This document shows, in pieces, positions 1-14,900 of a stretch of DNA of 61,790 nucleotides. The number at the start of each line of letters is the position of its first letter. Within the stretch, counting starts at the first letter, position 1. The notes below the pieces were generated by a model. The model did no database searches and had not been told where the DNA came from. It was given only the letters and a program-made list of their open reading frames with translations. The translations under genes were made by a program, and so were the position numbers. Source of the DNA: Dimorphilus gyrociliatus (lineage: Eukaryota > Animalia > Annelida); contig CAJFCJ010000124.1 of assembly GCA_904063045.1 (NCBI GenBank), forward strand, positions 27,233 through 89,022. Reading direction: 5' to 3'.

Positions 1-150
1 TTTCTGCAATAAGTTTAAGATATGGCTATCAATTTATGTTAAAATGTCCAAATCCATACAATTTTACACTTTGTAATATTTCAATAAAGAATCCTGAAAT
101 TCAGTAAATAAAAACAAAAAAGAAAAAAGATTTTTTGCGCAAATATCAAC

Positions 151-3100
151 ATGACGTATGGTTTCTTTTTTTATAGGAAAAGAGGCGATGTTATATTCAA
201 TATTCATTTTGTTTTAAAATGTAAAAATACTACGGATATTTTCTGCTTAAAACAATATTCGTATAGTTTTAACGATCATTGTTTCAAATTAATAAAAGTT
301 GATGGAAAAGTATCTATTGAGGAGAGTATTAACTTTTGTAAAAAGGTTAATGGGACATTATTCCATGTTGAAAATGATGTATATCCATTTTTGATATATT
401 TATTAAATATGGATAAGCTTGTTGATGATATTCCAGGAAGTATATTTTCATTTTATGTTTATAGAATTTCTTTAAAAAGAGATGTTTCTAATTAAGAAAT
501 TAGTATACAAAGTGATGAGAAAGGTAATGAACATCTCGTCTACAATGATAATATTCCGTACGAATTTCATGGTTTTACAATAAATTTTAAATCAAGGTAA
601 GATTTTCTCTTTTCTTTTATCTCTCTTTTTTTCATTCACACACACTCACACACACGCTCTCTGTCTCACTTACTCTCTTACTTTCTCCCACAGTCTCCCC
701 GACCCTCTCTGTCTCTCTCAATCTCTTTCTCTCTTCTTAGATATTATGATAGCTGTGTCTCAAAACATTTAGAAGAAGGCACAAATAACTATTTTACATT
801 TGAACAAAAGATGGCGTGCTATTATCTAGAGACTGTTCAATACGCTAAACCTATTCTCTATTCCACAAATTCTTACAAATGTGATTCGAAATTTTTTCAA
901 GAATTTGTTTGTAAACTTCCACGTATGACGTCATTTCCTTTTTGTGCGTGTGTCATTTTAATTTCACAAAAGAAAAAATACTCTTTGCAGATACTTTTCA
1001 GTTATCTTTATCATTGGAATTGGAAAATAGAGATTTTCGAGGATGCCCTGTGAATTTCTTTCATTGCGTTCGAGATAGTGTGTGTATAAATTCAATTAGC
1101 GTTTGCGATGGACAATACGATTGTTTTTCGGGGGAAGACGAAAGAAATTGTTCAAATATTCAATTATTCCACTGCAATTTTAGTCAAGCAATTCCCGTTC
1201 AGTTTGTTTGCGATTTCGTATACGATTGCCCAAATAAGATGGATGAAAGATATTGCAGTAGGTTACAGTTTCTAAGTTATACTAGAAAATTTTGGAAACT
1301 TTCTCTCAAAATCTTTTTTTTTGTGTTTTCAGAAACAAAATACTGCAATAAAAAAAATCGGTAAATATTTTTCTTTTTTCCTGCTTGGAAAATTTTTTCA
1401 ATGGAGAACAAAAAAACATTTTCAGATGCGAAAATAATCAATGCATAGATGAGGAATATTTTTGTAATGACGAAAAGAATTGTTTCGACGAAAGCGATGA
1501 AAAATGTACAATGAGACCAGATTTAAGGGGACAAAAATTCAAAATTGAATTCAATTCAGGAAAAGGTAGTCTTTAAGGTGGTTGTTGACTTAACGCCTCT
1601 ATTTTGATGCTATTTTTTCGGGGTAAAATTACGGGATTAAGAAATTCTTGAGTGTTTAGTGCTCACTGCAAAATTGCAGGCGTTTATCCACAACATCCAA
1701 TTACAATAGAGATTTTGTATAAAAGATTTGAAAAAATCATTATGATAATTTATCAGAATGCAAAAAATATAACAAATCATCATGCGAAGAAAAGTGTATT
1801 TCAGAAAATGAATTTTGTGATTTGCAAATTGATTGTATGAGTGGAAAAGACGAAGAAAAATCCTTTTGCGCTCGGAAAGATTTCAATGGAAAACGTTGTA
1901 TAGATCTTGAATATGAAGAGAAAACTGATGACAAATGTTACGTTGTTTATAATTCATTGGGAAAATTATTGACAAACATTCATTTCCCATTTTTTAATTT
2001 GAGAAACTGCAAAATAAAAAGGTGTAAAAGTAATTATTACCTTTGTAAGAAAAGTGAATATTGTATATCAATAAAACAAGTTTGCGATGGAATTGTTCAT
2101 TGTACTCATCACGACGACGAATTCAATTGCGGTACTGAACTTGAAACAGTATTTGGCGTTTATTAAAATTTCTTTTGTTTTAAAAATATAGATTCATTCA
2201 AACCTAGGGGTTATTTTAAATGTCGAAATGAGAAGACTTTTATTCCTTTAAATGAAATTTGTAATAGAATTGTTGATTGTCGAGGCGGAAGTGATGAATT
2301 GTATTGCGATATCGTCCATTCAAATTGTCCCAAGCATTGCCATTGTAGAATAGCTTATTTAATGGAATGCAAATTTCCAAATTTAATGAATAATTATGAA
2401 ATTAATCAAACTGAAATGGTACTTTCAAACTATAAACGACAAAATATTTCCCATATGCCAATAAATATAAAACCGGAAGTAATTGATATATTACTAGAAA
2501 ATCAATTAGTAACATCGCTATCATTTTATAAAAGTCATCTAAGTTTCTACGATATTTCCAAAATTTTTCCAAACTTAGTTTTACTTTCAATTGTTGATTG
2601 TAAATTTGTGGATATTTCATCAATTTTTACAAAACCATTAAAGAATCTTCAGCAATTGAAAATAAATAATGAATATCTAAAATTGGAAAAAAACTTATCA
2701 CTAAAACATTCGTTACTTTTACGAAAAATTGATTTTTCTTATTGTAAAATATTTTATTTTAGCAATGAATTATTTAAAAATTTAAATAATTTACAAACAT
2801 TTATTATTAATAATTCAGTAATTATGGATTATGATCTCAATACCTTCAAACCATTATTTGGGTTAAAGATACTTTTACTAAAGGAAACAATAGTACCACT
2901 ATTATATAAAAGTTCATTAATTAAACACTTGATTTCACTTGAACAGTTGTACAGTGAATATTTTTCATTTTGCTGTTTCTCTTGGAGATACTCGAATAGA
3001 ATTGAAAAGTGTTATCCAACTGCATCGTTATTCAATTCTTGTACGGATCTTTTAGACTTGAAATCACTTCGTTGGATATTATGGATTCTATCAACATTTG

Positions 3101-4837
3101 CATTTTTTGAAAATTCTATATCATTAATATTTCGTGGAATTATTAAAAGGAAACGAAGGAACTGGTTCCAGTTAAGCCTATCGTTCGGTGATTTATGTAC
3201 ATCAGTCTATTTGACAATTATCGCCAGCATCGACGTTTATTATAGAGGATATTATATTGAACACGATTTCACATGGAGAAATAGTATATTCTGCACAATT
3301 ATTGGATGGTTTTGCAGTTGGTCTATTCTAGTATCAGTATTAAGCTTATTATTGATAACAATTGAAAGATATCTTATCATTCTATGGCCATTTAAAAGAA
3401 TTTTCACACAAACTAGATCGCTATTTCTCGTTTGCTCAACATCCATAGTTGCCGGCCTAATTTCGATATTTCCGCTATTCATCTACGAAGTAAGTATTAC
3501 GCAATAATATTAATGTAAACAAGTAGAAAATAAGTATATTTTCAAATTGAGAATTACTACTCAACGAGTCCTGTATGTTTTACATTACACATGACTAGTG
3601 AAAAAGTAGAGGGTTGGGCATTTTCATTTATTATCTTTGGAATATTCATCTCCATTGTTTGTCTATTCATATTTGGTTTATACGTAAGAATATGGAAAGA
3701 GACTTTACTAGCAAAATCATTAATACAAAAAGATAAATTTGAAAGTCAGCAAAAGAAATTAAAATTGAATGCATTTTTTATTGTAACAACAAATTTAATT
3801 TGTTGGTTTCCAATATCAATTTTAGGTTTGTTTTGTATTTTGAATTTTAAAATTTTTCCTCTTCTTTTTCTTTTTCCTCTCCTTCTGTAGGAATTTATTC
3901 AGCATTTTTTCAATTAATTATCAAAAAAGATATCTATGTTGCCATTGTTCTTGTCATTCTGCCTATAAATTCAGTTATAAATCCTTTGTTATATACATTT
4001 AGAGATATAAAATCCTATTATTATTCATTAAAGAAGAGACGAATGGAAAAAATGTATAATATAAAATCTCTTTCTCTTCTTCTTTTCTCTTTCAATTTTT
4101 AATACTTTTCTTTTTTTCCGTCTATAAACATTTAGACAAAAGTGTGTCAATCATGCTTTGGAATCAAATTTAATGAGATGTAAAATACAATAATGTTGTT
4201 GGAAAGTAGCATTACCGAGAGAGAGAGAGAGAGGGTGGGAGGAGAAGGAGGAGCAGGAGCAGGACGGAGAAACAGAGTATGGTGTGCCAAATTTTTCTCA
4301 GAATAAATACAACTATAAAATTAAAATATGTATAAAAATAAGAGACACAGGGAATGCTACTCTCCAAGTCATCATTCATTCATTCATTCATTCATTCACC
4401 GTATTCATAGATTTAAACTACATCAATTCAAAAGAAGAGAAATTAACTACCTTCAATTTTTTAATTTCTATAAACAAATGGAAAAATACCAGTTCATTTT
4501 ACAATATAAAAAATATTTTTATACTGCTTAGAGATGTCTGTAAATTCTTAAAACTCTCACACCAATCGGATTTTTGTTTTAATAATGGAACTATTGATTA
4601 TTCAAATATTTATTTATTTGTTTGTATTGTTTGGCTTTTTATTTTTTTGAGTTTTTTTGAAAAATTTAAGACGGTTTGTCATTCTTTTTTCAGATTAGAA
4701 AAAAGAAAAAATGTTATATCTTAACAAGTAAAATGCTTGCAATTGCTAAAGAAAATTCAAAATCTAAAGATTTGTATAGTGTTGGTGATTTTACTAAGAA
4801 AATATTACAAAAGAGATCATATTATACTTTAAAATGA
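151..4837 (+). CDS. GRL101-like: GRL101-like receptor 1 (5'-partial, multi-exon): CTL-like, LDLa repeats, LRR, 7TM, pseudokinase-like tail
   Basis: CTL-like YSFNDHCFKL..ESINFCKKVNGTLFHV (151-495). LDLa repeats such as CINSISVCDGQYDCFSGEDERNC and CISIKQVCDGIVHCTHHDDEFNC. LRR plus hinge CCFSWRY..CYP..SLFNSCTDLL. 7TM with TIERY, CWFP and INPLLY. Last exon 4694-4837 ends ..KDLYSVGDFTKKILQKRSYYTLK*. Short GT-AG introns throughout. Confidence 0.85.
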
Positions 4838-5097
4838 GTCATCTTTTCATGTTATTATTTTGAAACATTATTTAAAATACAAATTTATGACGTCATAATT
4901 ATGTTTGTTAAATTATTAGTATTTTTTTAAATTAGGTTACAAAGACTAAAAGTATCCTATAGCTTGTTATTAGTTTCAATAAGCCTCATCCTCTCAGTTG
5001 GAAGGTAAGAGAATACTAGCTATAAAATGTCCTTGACCTAGCTTCATTCCAATTATTATTCTATTCATACTCGATTCGTGTAGAGAGTTTGCATATT

Positions 5098-8000
5098 ATG
5101 GCATTATTTTATGTTCTTGTTTGTGTGACCTATTTTATTACTTTATCATTCACACCAGCCTCTTGCAATTGTAAATTACATAATAAAACTGTATATGCAA
5201 AGTATTTGGATGAAACTTTTTTAAAATACTCAATTAAACCATTAATTGAAAATGAAGTATCAATTTATGGAAAAATTTCTATTATCGTAAAAACTGGTAA
5301 AGAAATAAAATATCTCGCATTTGGTGTTGGTCTAGAGGCTATACATCATGAAAGATTATGCCAAATTCTCGGATACGATGATATTCATTTTATCGCCGAA
5401 ACCTGCGCTCCGGATGGCGGTAAAGATTTTTCAACAGAAGAAAAAAAACATTACCTTTTTTTATTTATAGATAATTTGTCATTAATACCTATGTTAGATA
5501 AGAAACGGGGAGATATAATGCTATTGTAAGAAAGGGGAGATGGGATAAGAAGGGTTTCTCCTTTCCCATTTTCTTTTTATTTCATCCTCAGCCAAAATAA
5601 TTCATTATTTCCCTATAGAAATTTTACTTACAAACCAACACAAAAAATTGGTTCATTTTGTCTGAAGTGTTTTAAAAAAAATTCAACATGTTCGTTTTTG
5701 TTTGTTTGTTTGTTTATAATTTCATTTATTTAAACTATATACTTAGTTATTTTTGGTGTTTTAAACAATGGAAATAACCTGTATCACCAATTAATTAGAT
5801 TTCAAAAGAAAACATTTATACTATTTAAGAAAAAATCGGATAGAGTTGAAGACGAGATTTGCGAAAAGAGTAACTTCTATAAAAATTTTAAAACTTCAAT
5901 GAAATTTGAAAAGGAAAGAATTTTTGTTCAAATTGTAAACAAAACTATAAAATTAAATTTTCAAACTGATTTAAAAATATTTAATGTATCGTCTTTTGAT
6001 TTGATTAATTGTTCAAAAAGTGAATTTAAAGGTTAAAAAAGATTTTTATCTTCTTCTTCTTCTTCATTCTCTTTCTTCTCTTTAACAGATATCTTTTTCA
6101 AACATATGCCAACATTTTACAAATTCTTTTTATTCGGCGAAAGATTAAACAACAGTTTGTCATATATTGTCATTTCAAAAACTTTTGGTCATATTCCATT
6201 CTTAATACCGGCGATGGTGGCCGAAAATACAATTTCAAAGATTCTATGTAGAATTGAAGGAAAAATTCCAATACCAGTTACAAATCCTAGAAAAATGTTT
6301 TTTAAATCTAAAGTAAGCGTTTTTAATTAAAAATAAAGAAAAATTGCCTAATCTCTATTTTAAAGTTTCTTGTTAGCAGGTGTCCAATGATGAATTATTT
6401 TATTAGAATAGGACAATCACCTATGTATCATTCATGCCATTGGAAAAATGATACATTTGAAGGATGTCAATTTCTAGATGGTTTTAAATCAGCTTACTCA
6501 TTGGCGATATTATGTTCAAAGAAACTTACCAGTTTTGTTGAATACATTCAAAATTCTACAATTTTGCCTTTTGTTTTTACATTTTCCAGATAACGATATG
6601 GTCTTTCTTTCGAATGGAAGAGAATTCCTACTTGAAAGCGATAGATTACATAAACAAGAATATATAGGAATAATTGTTTTATACTACAACGGAGAATGGT
6701 ATAAAACATTGATAAATGAATTTAAAGCCTACGAATCGACGGCAATGTGCAAAAAATTCGGATTTAAAAAAGGAACTTTAACGGATATCTTTATTGAAAA
6801 TATTGAAAAAGGAATTGACAAAAATTTATTTTCATTCAAATGTCCAAATTCATCAAACTATTTTGAATGTAGGATTAAAATTTTAAAAAAAGTGAAATTT
6901 AGTTTTAGTAAGAAAAAAATTTTTTTTATTTGACAAACAAAACTTTCATTTTTCATCAATTTTTAGTTGATAATGTAAAACCAACTTCTATTCGTTGTCA
7001 TAACGACGATAGTAAATATTTAAATAAATATATAACTGAATATATGGATTAATGCGAAAATACTTTTAGGTATTATTTGTCATCACTCTGAAGCTTATAG
7101 CTTTAGAGATCACTGTTACGTTCTACTTACTAGCAAAAGGAAAGTATCAATCAATATGGCGGCTGAATTGTGTAAAAAATATAATTATACATTATTTCAT
7201 GTTCCGAATCGAGCTGTTGGATATATTACTGAATTTCTAAACAAGAAAAAATCTTCAAACCTAGTTTCAGTTTCTCTACCCGGAAGTATAATTATTTAAT
7301 ATTTATTTGTATAATGTTGTTTTATATTCTACCCGTTTTCAGAAGTACACAAAATGAAAGATATAAAAGGATTTGAACACTCCGTCTATGAAGATAACAA
7401 ACCTTATTACTTTCACGCATTTATCATGCATTTTCAATCATTTTAAGTATTTTTTTCATTTAAGTGAAAAATTATATTGAATTTTTGATTTAATTAAAAA
7501 AACAGAATTTTGAGAAAATGTTTCCTTTTAGTAAATAAAAAACATCATAATTCTTATATGAATTTTGACAAAAATAACAAAGAAGGACGATGTTTCTACT
7601 TGAAATATTCAAGAAATTCACCAAAAATTCAACACGAAAATTATTTATACGATTGTGACAAACAATTGGAAACAAACTTTTTTTGTAAATCTGATTGTAC
7701 GAAGATAATGATTACGCTGATCTTTTTTTGAAATTCGAATTTTTTTTTTCTTCAGATGAATTTCAATTTTCACTTACAAAAGAATTGGAGAATAGAAATT
7801 TTATTTCTTGTCCTAAAAATTCATTTCATTGTATATCTGATAGTTTATGTATTAATTTAATAAACGTTTGCGACGGTGAATTGAATTGTTTCTCCGGTGA
7901 AGATGAAAGAAATTGTTCAGTTATTCAATTATTCAATTGCGATTCAACTGAAACAGTTCCAGTGCAATTTGTTTGCGATTTTGTCTACAATTGCCAAAAT

Positions 8001-8733
8001 AGAATGGACGAAATGAATTGCAGTAAAATTTTATTTCAACATTTAAAAAACAAACTTTTAAATTATATTTTTAACACAGAAAGAGAGAATTGCGATAAAA
8101 AGAAACAGTATAAAAAACACAAAAATACAAAAAAACTATTTAAATAATGTATTTAAATGCTGCTTCTAGATGTGAAAATAAACAATGCATAGATGAGAAA
8201 TATTTCTGTGATGATGAGAGAAATTGCTTTGATAAAAGCGATGAAAAATGTTCAAGTACTCACTATTCAAAAAATTCTAATATTTCAGAAAAAGAATGTT
8301 CTCAATACAATAAATTCACTTGCAATAATAAATGTATTCCGAAAAATAAATTATGTAATCTACAAAATGACTGTCACAATGGAGAAGATGAAAAACACGA
8401 CAAATGTCATCATCAATCGAATTTACTTCAATCTTCTAATTGCTCATTAATCAATCAAATAAATAAATATAAATGTCGAGTTGTTTATAATTCAATGGCA
8501 AAATTATTAACGAACGCACATTTACCTTATTTTGAATTAGAAAATTGTAATATGGCACGCTGCGAAAATAGTGAATATCTTTGTAAATATAGTGAATATT
8601 GTATTTCTATTAAGCAAGTTTGCGATGGAATTGTACATTGTACTCATTACGACGACGAATTTAATTGCGGTAATTATATTTAAAGAATTAATTAATCTTT
8701 CTTTTGATATAATGTCTCTTCCTGATTAATGTT

Positions 8734-8765
<32 letters not shown>

Positions 8766-11121
8766 ATTCTCTGTCGGAAAACAAAGATTCCTTCAGACCA
8801 AAAGGATATTTTAAATGTCGATCTAAAAATAGTTATATACCAATTAATGAAGTTTGTAATGGAATAGTCGATTGCAACAATGGAAGTGACGAATTATATT
8901 GTAGTGGAAACTTAAGTTGCCCCTATCCTTGCAAATGTCATTCATTTTCAATAGAATGTTCATTTAAAGTAGATGATGATTATATAATGAAAAGAAATTT
9001 CTCCGAAATTATTAAAAATGAAATCGTAATTTCAAAATTTAAAAAAATTAATATTTCCAATTTAAAATTATTAAAATTGAATATTGAAAGTACTCAATTA
9101 ACAACAACTTCATTATCATTTTACAACACTTTTCTAAACGATTTTCAAATATCAGAACTATTCCCAAATTTAGTTATACTTTCAATAATTGATTGTAAAT
9201 TGTTGAATTCTTCAACAATTTTTACATTTCCGTTGAAAAATCTTCAAGAATTACGAATTAGAAATTTAAATTTAAAATTATCAAAATCAATTTCATTAAA
9301 ACATTCAAAAAATTTAAGAATAATTGAATTTTCTTGGTGTGAAATTATTTATTTAAGTAAAGAATTGTTTGAAAATTTAAATAATTTAAAAATTCTTATT
9401 TTAAATAATTCAAATATTCTGGATTTTCATTTAAATACTTTTAAATCTTTAGTTAATTTAAAAATACTTTTATTAAAAGGAACCAGAATTCCACTTGAAC
9501 ACGTGTCATTTTTGATTAAGCATTTAAGTTCCCTTGAGCAATTGTATAGTGAATACTACTCTCTTTGTTGTTTTTCTAAAACGCGAAATTGTTGGCCATT
9601 GGCATCATCGATTCAATCTTGTACTCATCTTATTGGTTCCAACATTTTTCGATCCATTATTTGGACAATCTCTCTAATTGGTCTTGTTGAAAATATATTA
9701 TCTCTCTCATTTAGATTAGGAGTTGTATTAAATAATCATCAAAAAAGAGAATGGTTCCATTTAGGCCTATCATCTAGCCACTTGTCTACATCAATCTATT
9801 TAGTAATTCTTGCTAGTTTTGACTATTACTATAGAGATCACTACATGCAAAATGAATTTGAATGGAAGAATAGTATATCTTGTAAAATAATTGCTTTCCT
9901 TTTCATCTGGTCAATTCTGGTATCAATAACAAGTCTATTACTAATATCAATTGAAAATTATTTAAAAATTTGTCAACCCGTTAAAGAGTTTTTTACTCCT
10001 ACTAGATCAGTGATTTTAACACTTGGAATGTTTATTTTTTCAGCATTTGTATCAATCTATCCCCAATTGATTTATAATGTAAGCTCACTATTAAAGATAT
10101 CGAATTTATTGAATAAAAAAAATAACAATAATTCAAGGATTATCATTCAAAAAGTCGTTTATGCTCCAGTCTATTTAGTTCCAGTGAACATAGGGAGAGT
10201 TGGATGTTTTCATTCTTAATGTTTGGATTATATATTTCTTTCCTCTGTACCATAATTTTAGTTATATTTGTAATGGTATTGAAAAAAGAGAGCACTTGGG
10301 TAAATTCATTGAAAATTCAATGGAATATCAATGAATTTTTTATTATAACAACAAATTTAATTTGTTGGTTTCCAATTTCAATTTTAGGTTTTTATCATTT
10401 TTTGTTAAATTTCTATCTACTTTCTTCTTCTCCTTCTAGAAATTTATTCAGCATTCTTTGAATTAATACTTGACAATGAGGTTTATTTTGCAGTTGCCAT
10501 AGTGATAATACCAATAAATTCAATTATAAATCCAGTAATATATACATTGAGAGATATAAAATATTATTATTATTCATTAAAGAGAAAAAGGAGGGAAAAT
10601 ATGTAAAACAATTCAAAATCCATACCAATATTTTTAATTCTCCTTTATTAACATTTTACAGTGAAAAATGCATCAATGACGCAATGGAATCCAGTTTAAT
10701 GAAATGTAGAAAAAATGGGTCATTCTCTGTTTTTATATTTTTTATTTTCGTTTTTTCTTTTATAGATTTTAATTATTCAAAAACAGTTGAATTCTATTTA
10801 GTAGAGAGAAATGTGCTGATCTCAGCTAAAAACTGTCAAAATTCATTACAATCATTCTCAAATTTAAAATCTGTTAGAAATATTATGAAAGATTTAATTG
10901 AACAATTGATATTAGCTCATAAATGTCAATTCTCTTTTGATGGATTATTTGATTTAAATAGCCTGCATTTTCATGCAAAAAGTTTAAAAATACAAAAAAA
11001 AATCCTGAATAAGAGAAGGTTTGTATTGTCTTCAAGATATCTTGTTAATGCTAAGAATGACAGTAAATTCAAAGATATTTCTACATTTGGAATTATTTTT
11101 AAAAGTTTTATGCAAAAATAA
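5098..11121 (+). CDS. GRL101-like: GRL101-like receptor 2 (multi-exon): signal peptide, SRCR-like x2-3, CTL-like, LDLa, LRR, 7TM, pseudokinase-like tail
   Basis: Hydrophobic start MALFYVLVCVTYFITLSFT. SRCR-like GIIVLYYNGEWY..AMCKKFGF (6600-6890). CTL-like YSFRDHCYVLL..AELCKKYNYTL (~7075-7290). LDLa exons 7755-8670, LRR 8780-9560, 7TM 9640-10560 with CWFP and INPVIY, tail 10662-11121. Confidence 0.85.
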
Positions 11122-11999
11122 AATATTTTGAGATTTTTAATTTGTAAAATTTTATGGTCTACTTTCAATTTATCATAGTCTCATAAACAATATTTTAGGC
11201 TATAGAATTCTTCTTTTCAATATTTTTCTTTTACCTTTTTTAACGTAAAAGCCAAATGATCATTTACTTCAACATGAAATTCTGTTCTTATAAATACCAA
11301 AATTAACTTTAATAAAATAGACTGTCTCTAAGGGTGCTGTTAAAAAAATCCTGTAATTCAAAGTGTAAAATTCCTAATTGTCATTGATATTGACTTTGTT
11401 TTTTATAACTTTGAACAACTACTACTAATTTTTTTCAATATAGATGCCAATGTACTGCAATGAATTCCAAGCTTTACTATAGTAAATATTAATTTCCAAA
11501 AACATGGTACTGGCCTTTCTATCAGTAGTACATTTTCAATGTTGAGTGATTTTAAACAACATCTGTAGGGATTATATAAAAGATAAAACAATGATATGTC
11601 AGCTGAACTGAAACTAAAGACGTTAGTGTTATTAATCCTAACAAAGTTACAGAGATATTTAACAAGTAAATTTACCAAATTTACTCTTTGTTTGAACAGT
11701 TCAGTTACTGTTCATGTGAAAAATATATTCTATTAGCCAACGTAGGCCTAAACATTTACTTTGTAAATATATTCTACTACTATCATATTTTAATGAATTC
11801 GCATTAAATATATTTAAGTGCTATTTTACCATCAAGTAGGCCTATCATTTCAACGAAATGCACATGTTTTTGCCAACTGAAACGCAGTTTTTGTTAGATT
11901 ACCTCTTTACACTACTCAACATATGATCCTCATCGAACATATGAAATTTCCCATGTTAGTGCGAGATTATTTCCAATTAGAGAGAATGCATTTTCAGAT

Positions 12000-14900
12000 A
12001 TGTTTTTCTTACAGTATCATTTCAGTATCTTTCTATTAAATATCCTTTTGATTATTCCTATTCTTTCAAGAAGATGCGTAAGATATTTTACAAGCAATTC
12101 TCATTTCGTAGATCAAGGAGAATTTGATTTTATCATTAATCCCATTGAAGAGAATGACGTTTCTATCTATGGAGAATTAAATGCCAAGATAAAAGCAACA
12201 AATCAAACAGAGATTATTGCCTTTAATCCGGAAAATCTTTTACAAAATTTTAAGGCAATATGCTCTTCAATGGGATACGACTCAATACACATTGTTGCTC
12301 AAGTGTGTAAAACACCAAAAGGTAAGCCAAAGCTATTAAAATCTTTAAGATAATTTTTCTTTTTGATTTATCTTTAGAAAAAGCTACAGCATTTTTAATT
12401 CAAAAAGGGTTTGTCATAAGATTGTATGTATAGGAGACATGTTGTATGGATAGATATTTTCAATTTAAAATTTGCTTTAAAATTTCCTCCACGCACCTTC
12501 TTCCACCTCCCTCCCACCCTACCCATCTAGACATAAATTCCTAGACAGATTTAAGAAAGAGACTCTACTATGCCTAAAATGTTTTAAAATTAATAAAGCA
12601 TGTATGAAAATATTTCATTTCATTAATTGTTTGTCAATTTTAGTTTTAAAAAAAACAGTTTTGTTTGCAATACCAGCTTTGGAAAAGTCGTCGTTAGTGG
12701 GCATAATGTTGAGATATATGAAACAAACTTATGGTTTATCATTTAAGAAAAGGTTCAGCAATGACAAAGAAATATGTAATAAAGTTGTGTTCACTGGACT
12801 AGTTGATAGGGAAGATAGGACGATAAAAAATATTTTACAAGTGATTATCAAAAATAATTCTTACAGTTTTCGAAATTCTTCGCGATATGTAAAAAAGTTG
12901 AATTGTTATCAAAGAGACTTAAATGGTTGATAGGAAAGAAAAATCTTTTCTTCTTCTAATTGTAGATCTCTTTATCTTTCTTTTCAAGATTTTGTAATTG
13001 AAAAGGCGTCTCCTCTCTATGAGAAACTTTTATATTTTAATACAAATCTATTGAATAGCGGGACAACGTATGTACTTAATTCCAAATCAATAGGATACAT
13101 TCCTCTTATCCTGGATAAAAGTGAAGATGTTTTGAAATCTGCTCTATTCTTGTGTAAACTTGAACAAAAGCTTCTTATACCCGACATAAACACTCTTCTT
13201 TACAGGATTTTCGTAAAAATCTTAGATTATCTTTCCTTTAGATGATAATACTTACACTATTTTTATTCTCTATTCTATCTCTCTCTCTTTAGGATGCTAG
13301 AAAGAAATCATGTAAATTACCAAATTTATACTACTATAAGAAAAAAATACCAATCCTGTTTAAGTGTCATTCATCTAAACTTGATTTGAGTACTTGTCAA
13401 CTAATAGAAGGCAAACATGACGCCTATTTGATATCTGTAAAATGTGAAAAAAACAATTATACAGGTTTTTAATTGATTAATTAATTTACGAATTAAATAA
13501 TTTTTTCTTTTGCAGATTTGCACTATAGGCTTTTTAAAAATGAAGGAAATTTTTTAAATTTTATGGAAAATCATAATTTAACACATTTTATTGGAAATTT
13601 GCAAATTTTATATAATGGCGTTTGGTACCAACCAGTTTTTGAGACATTTTATCAGCATCATCTGACATCAATCTGCAAAAGTTTTGGTTTTTTATACGGC
13701 AATATCTATAATATTAGTGAAAATTCAACGTTTTTCTCTCACTTTTACGCATCACTTGAACAATGTAACAACTCAACTGGAAAGATACCTTGTACCTTTA
13801 GAATTATTCACGATCGTTCTTCCTTATCATTCAATGCCGAAATGATAATGGTTGAATCATACTTTAAAGTTAATGTAGAAATTGAATGTTCAAACATTCG
13901 CAAAGGTTTTTTCAAACAAAGTCGAATCCGCCATTGTTATATTGAGTTGAGAGTTTTTTTCAGTGATCTGTAAAGATGGAAAGGCATTCCTGTACAAACG
14001 GTTTTGCTACACTTTTACAAAGCAACCTAGGAAGATATCAACGGATGAGAGTGAAGAGTTTTGCAAGAAGAGAAATACTACCCTATCCCATTTATCATTT
14101 AAACAATTCCATTTTCTATTACTCATGGAACAGATAAGGATACTATCTTCAAAAAGAACAATTGGTATAAAGGAATTTTGGTCTTTTATAGAAGAATTTC
14201 AATTACCTGGAAGTGAGAATTAAACAGAAACTAAATAATTTAAAAAATTGAATTTTGTTTTTTAAAAAAGAATTAAGATTAATGAAAGATAGAAGAAACA
14301 ATTCAATAGTCGTTCATACGGATAAGAAACCATATGATTTTACATCATTTCAACAGAATTATCAAGTGTAAAATATCAGTTTTTGTATAAATAACAAAAT
14401 CAAATCTTCCTTTTGACTGTTTTTTACAAATAGAGGTCAATTTTTATGTTCAAGGCAAATTGGTATTTTGACAAGTTTACCATCTCCATCCAAAATCTCT
14501 AACTGCATTTCCTACAAGAAAGCAAATGAAAGATTATTTGATCAAGACAATATTCATAAATCTAAACCTAAACCTTATAATATTGAATTATCTGAGTGTC
14601 ATTTTAGGAAATATTCAACATCTTTGTGCATAGCTCAAGCCAGTTATCATCTAGATTATCTTCTTTTCTCTTCTAATCCTTTTCTTTTTGAAATTTTTCA
14701 GTTCCGGTTTCTGACATGGAAAATCGTAATAAACAAATAGGAGATACTAGCTTAAAAGTTAAATGTACTAAACATTTGTTCCTTTGTCGAGAGGAACAAG
14801 TTTGCATCAATCAAATTTATCAGTGTAACGGCGAAAAGGATTGTTTGGCGGGTGAAGATGAAGAAAATTGTACATTTTCTGAAAAGTTTCAATGCGATGA

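Noticed and set aside
11290-11720. Possible LINE fragment (KTWY..INPNKVTEIFNK on the plus strand) and the overlapping minus ORF 11403-11678
   Set aside because: Many stops and only a weak motif; cannot be supported without a search.
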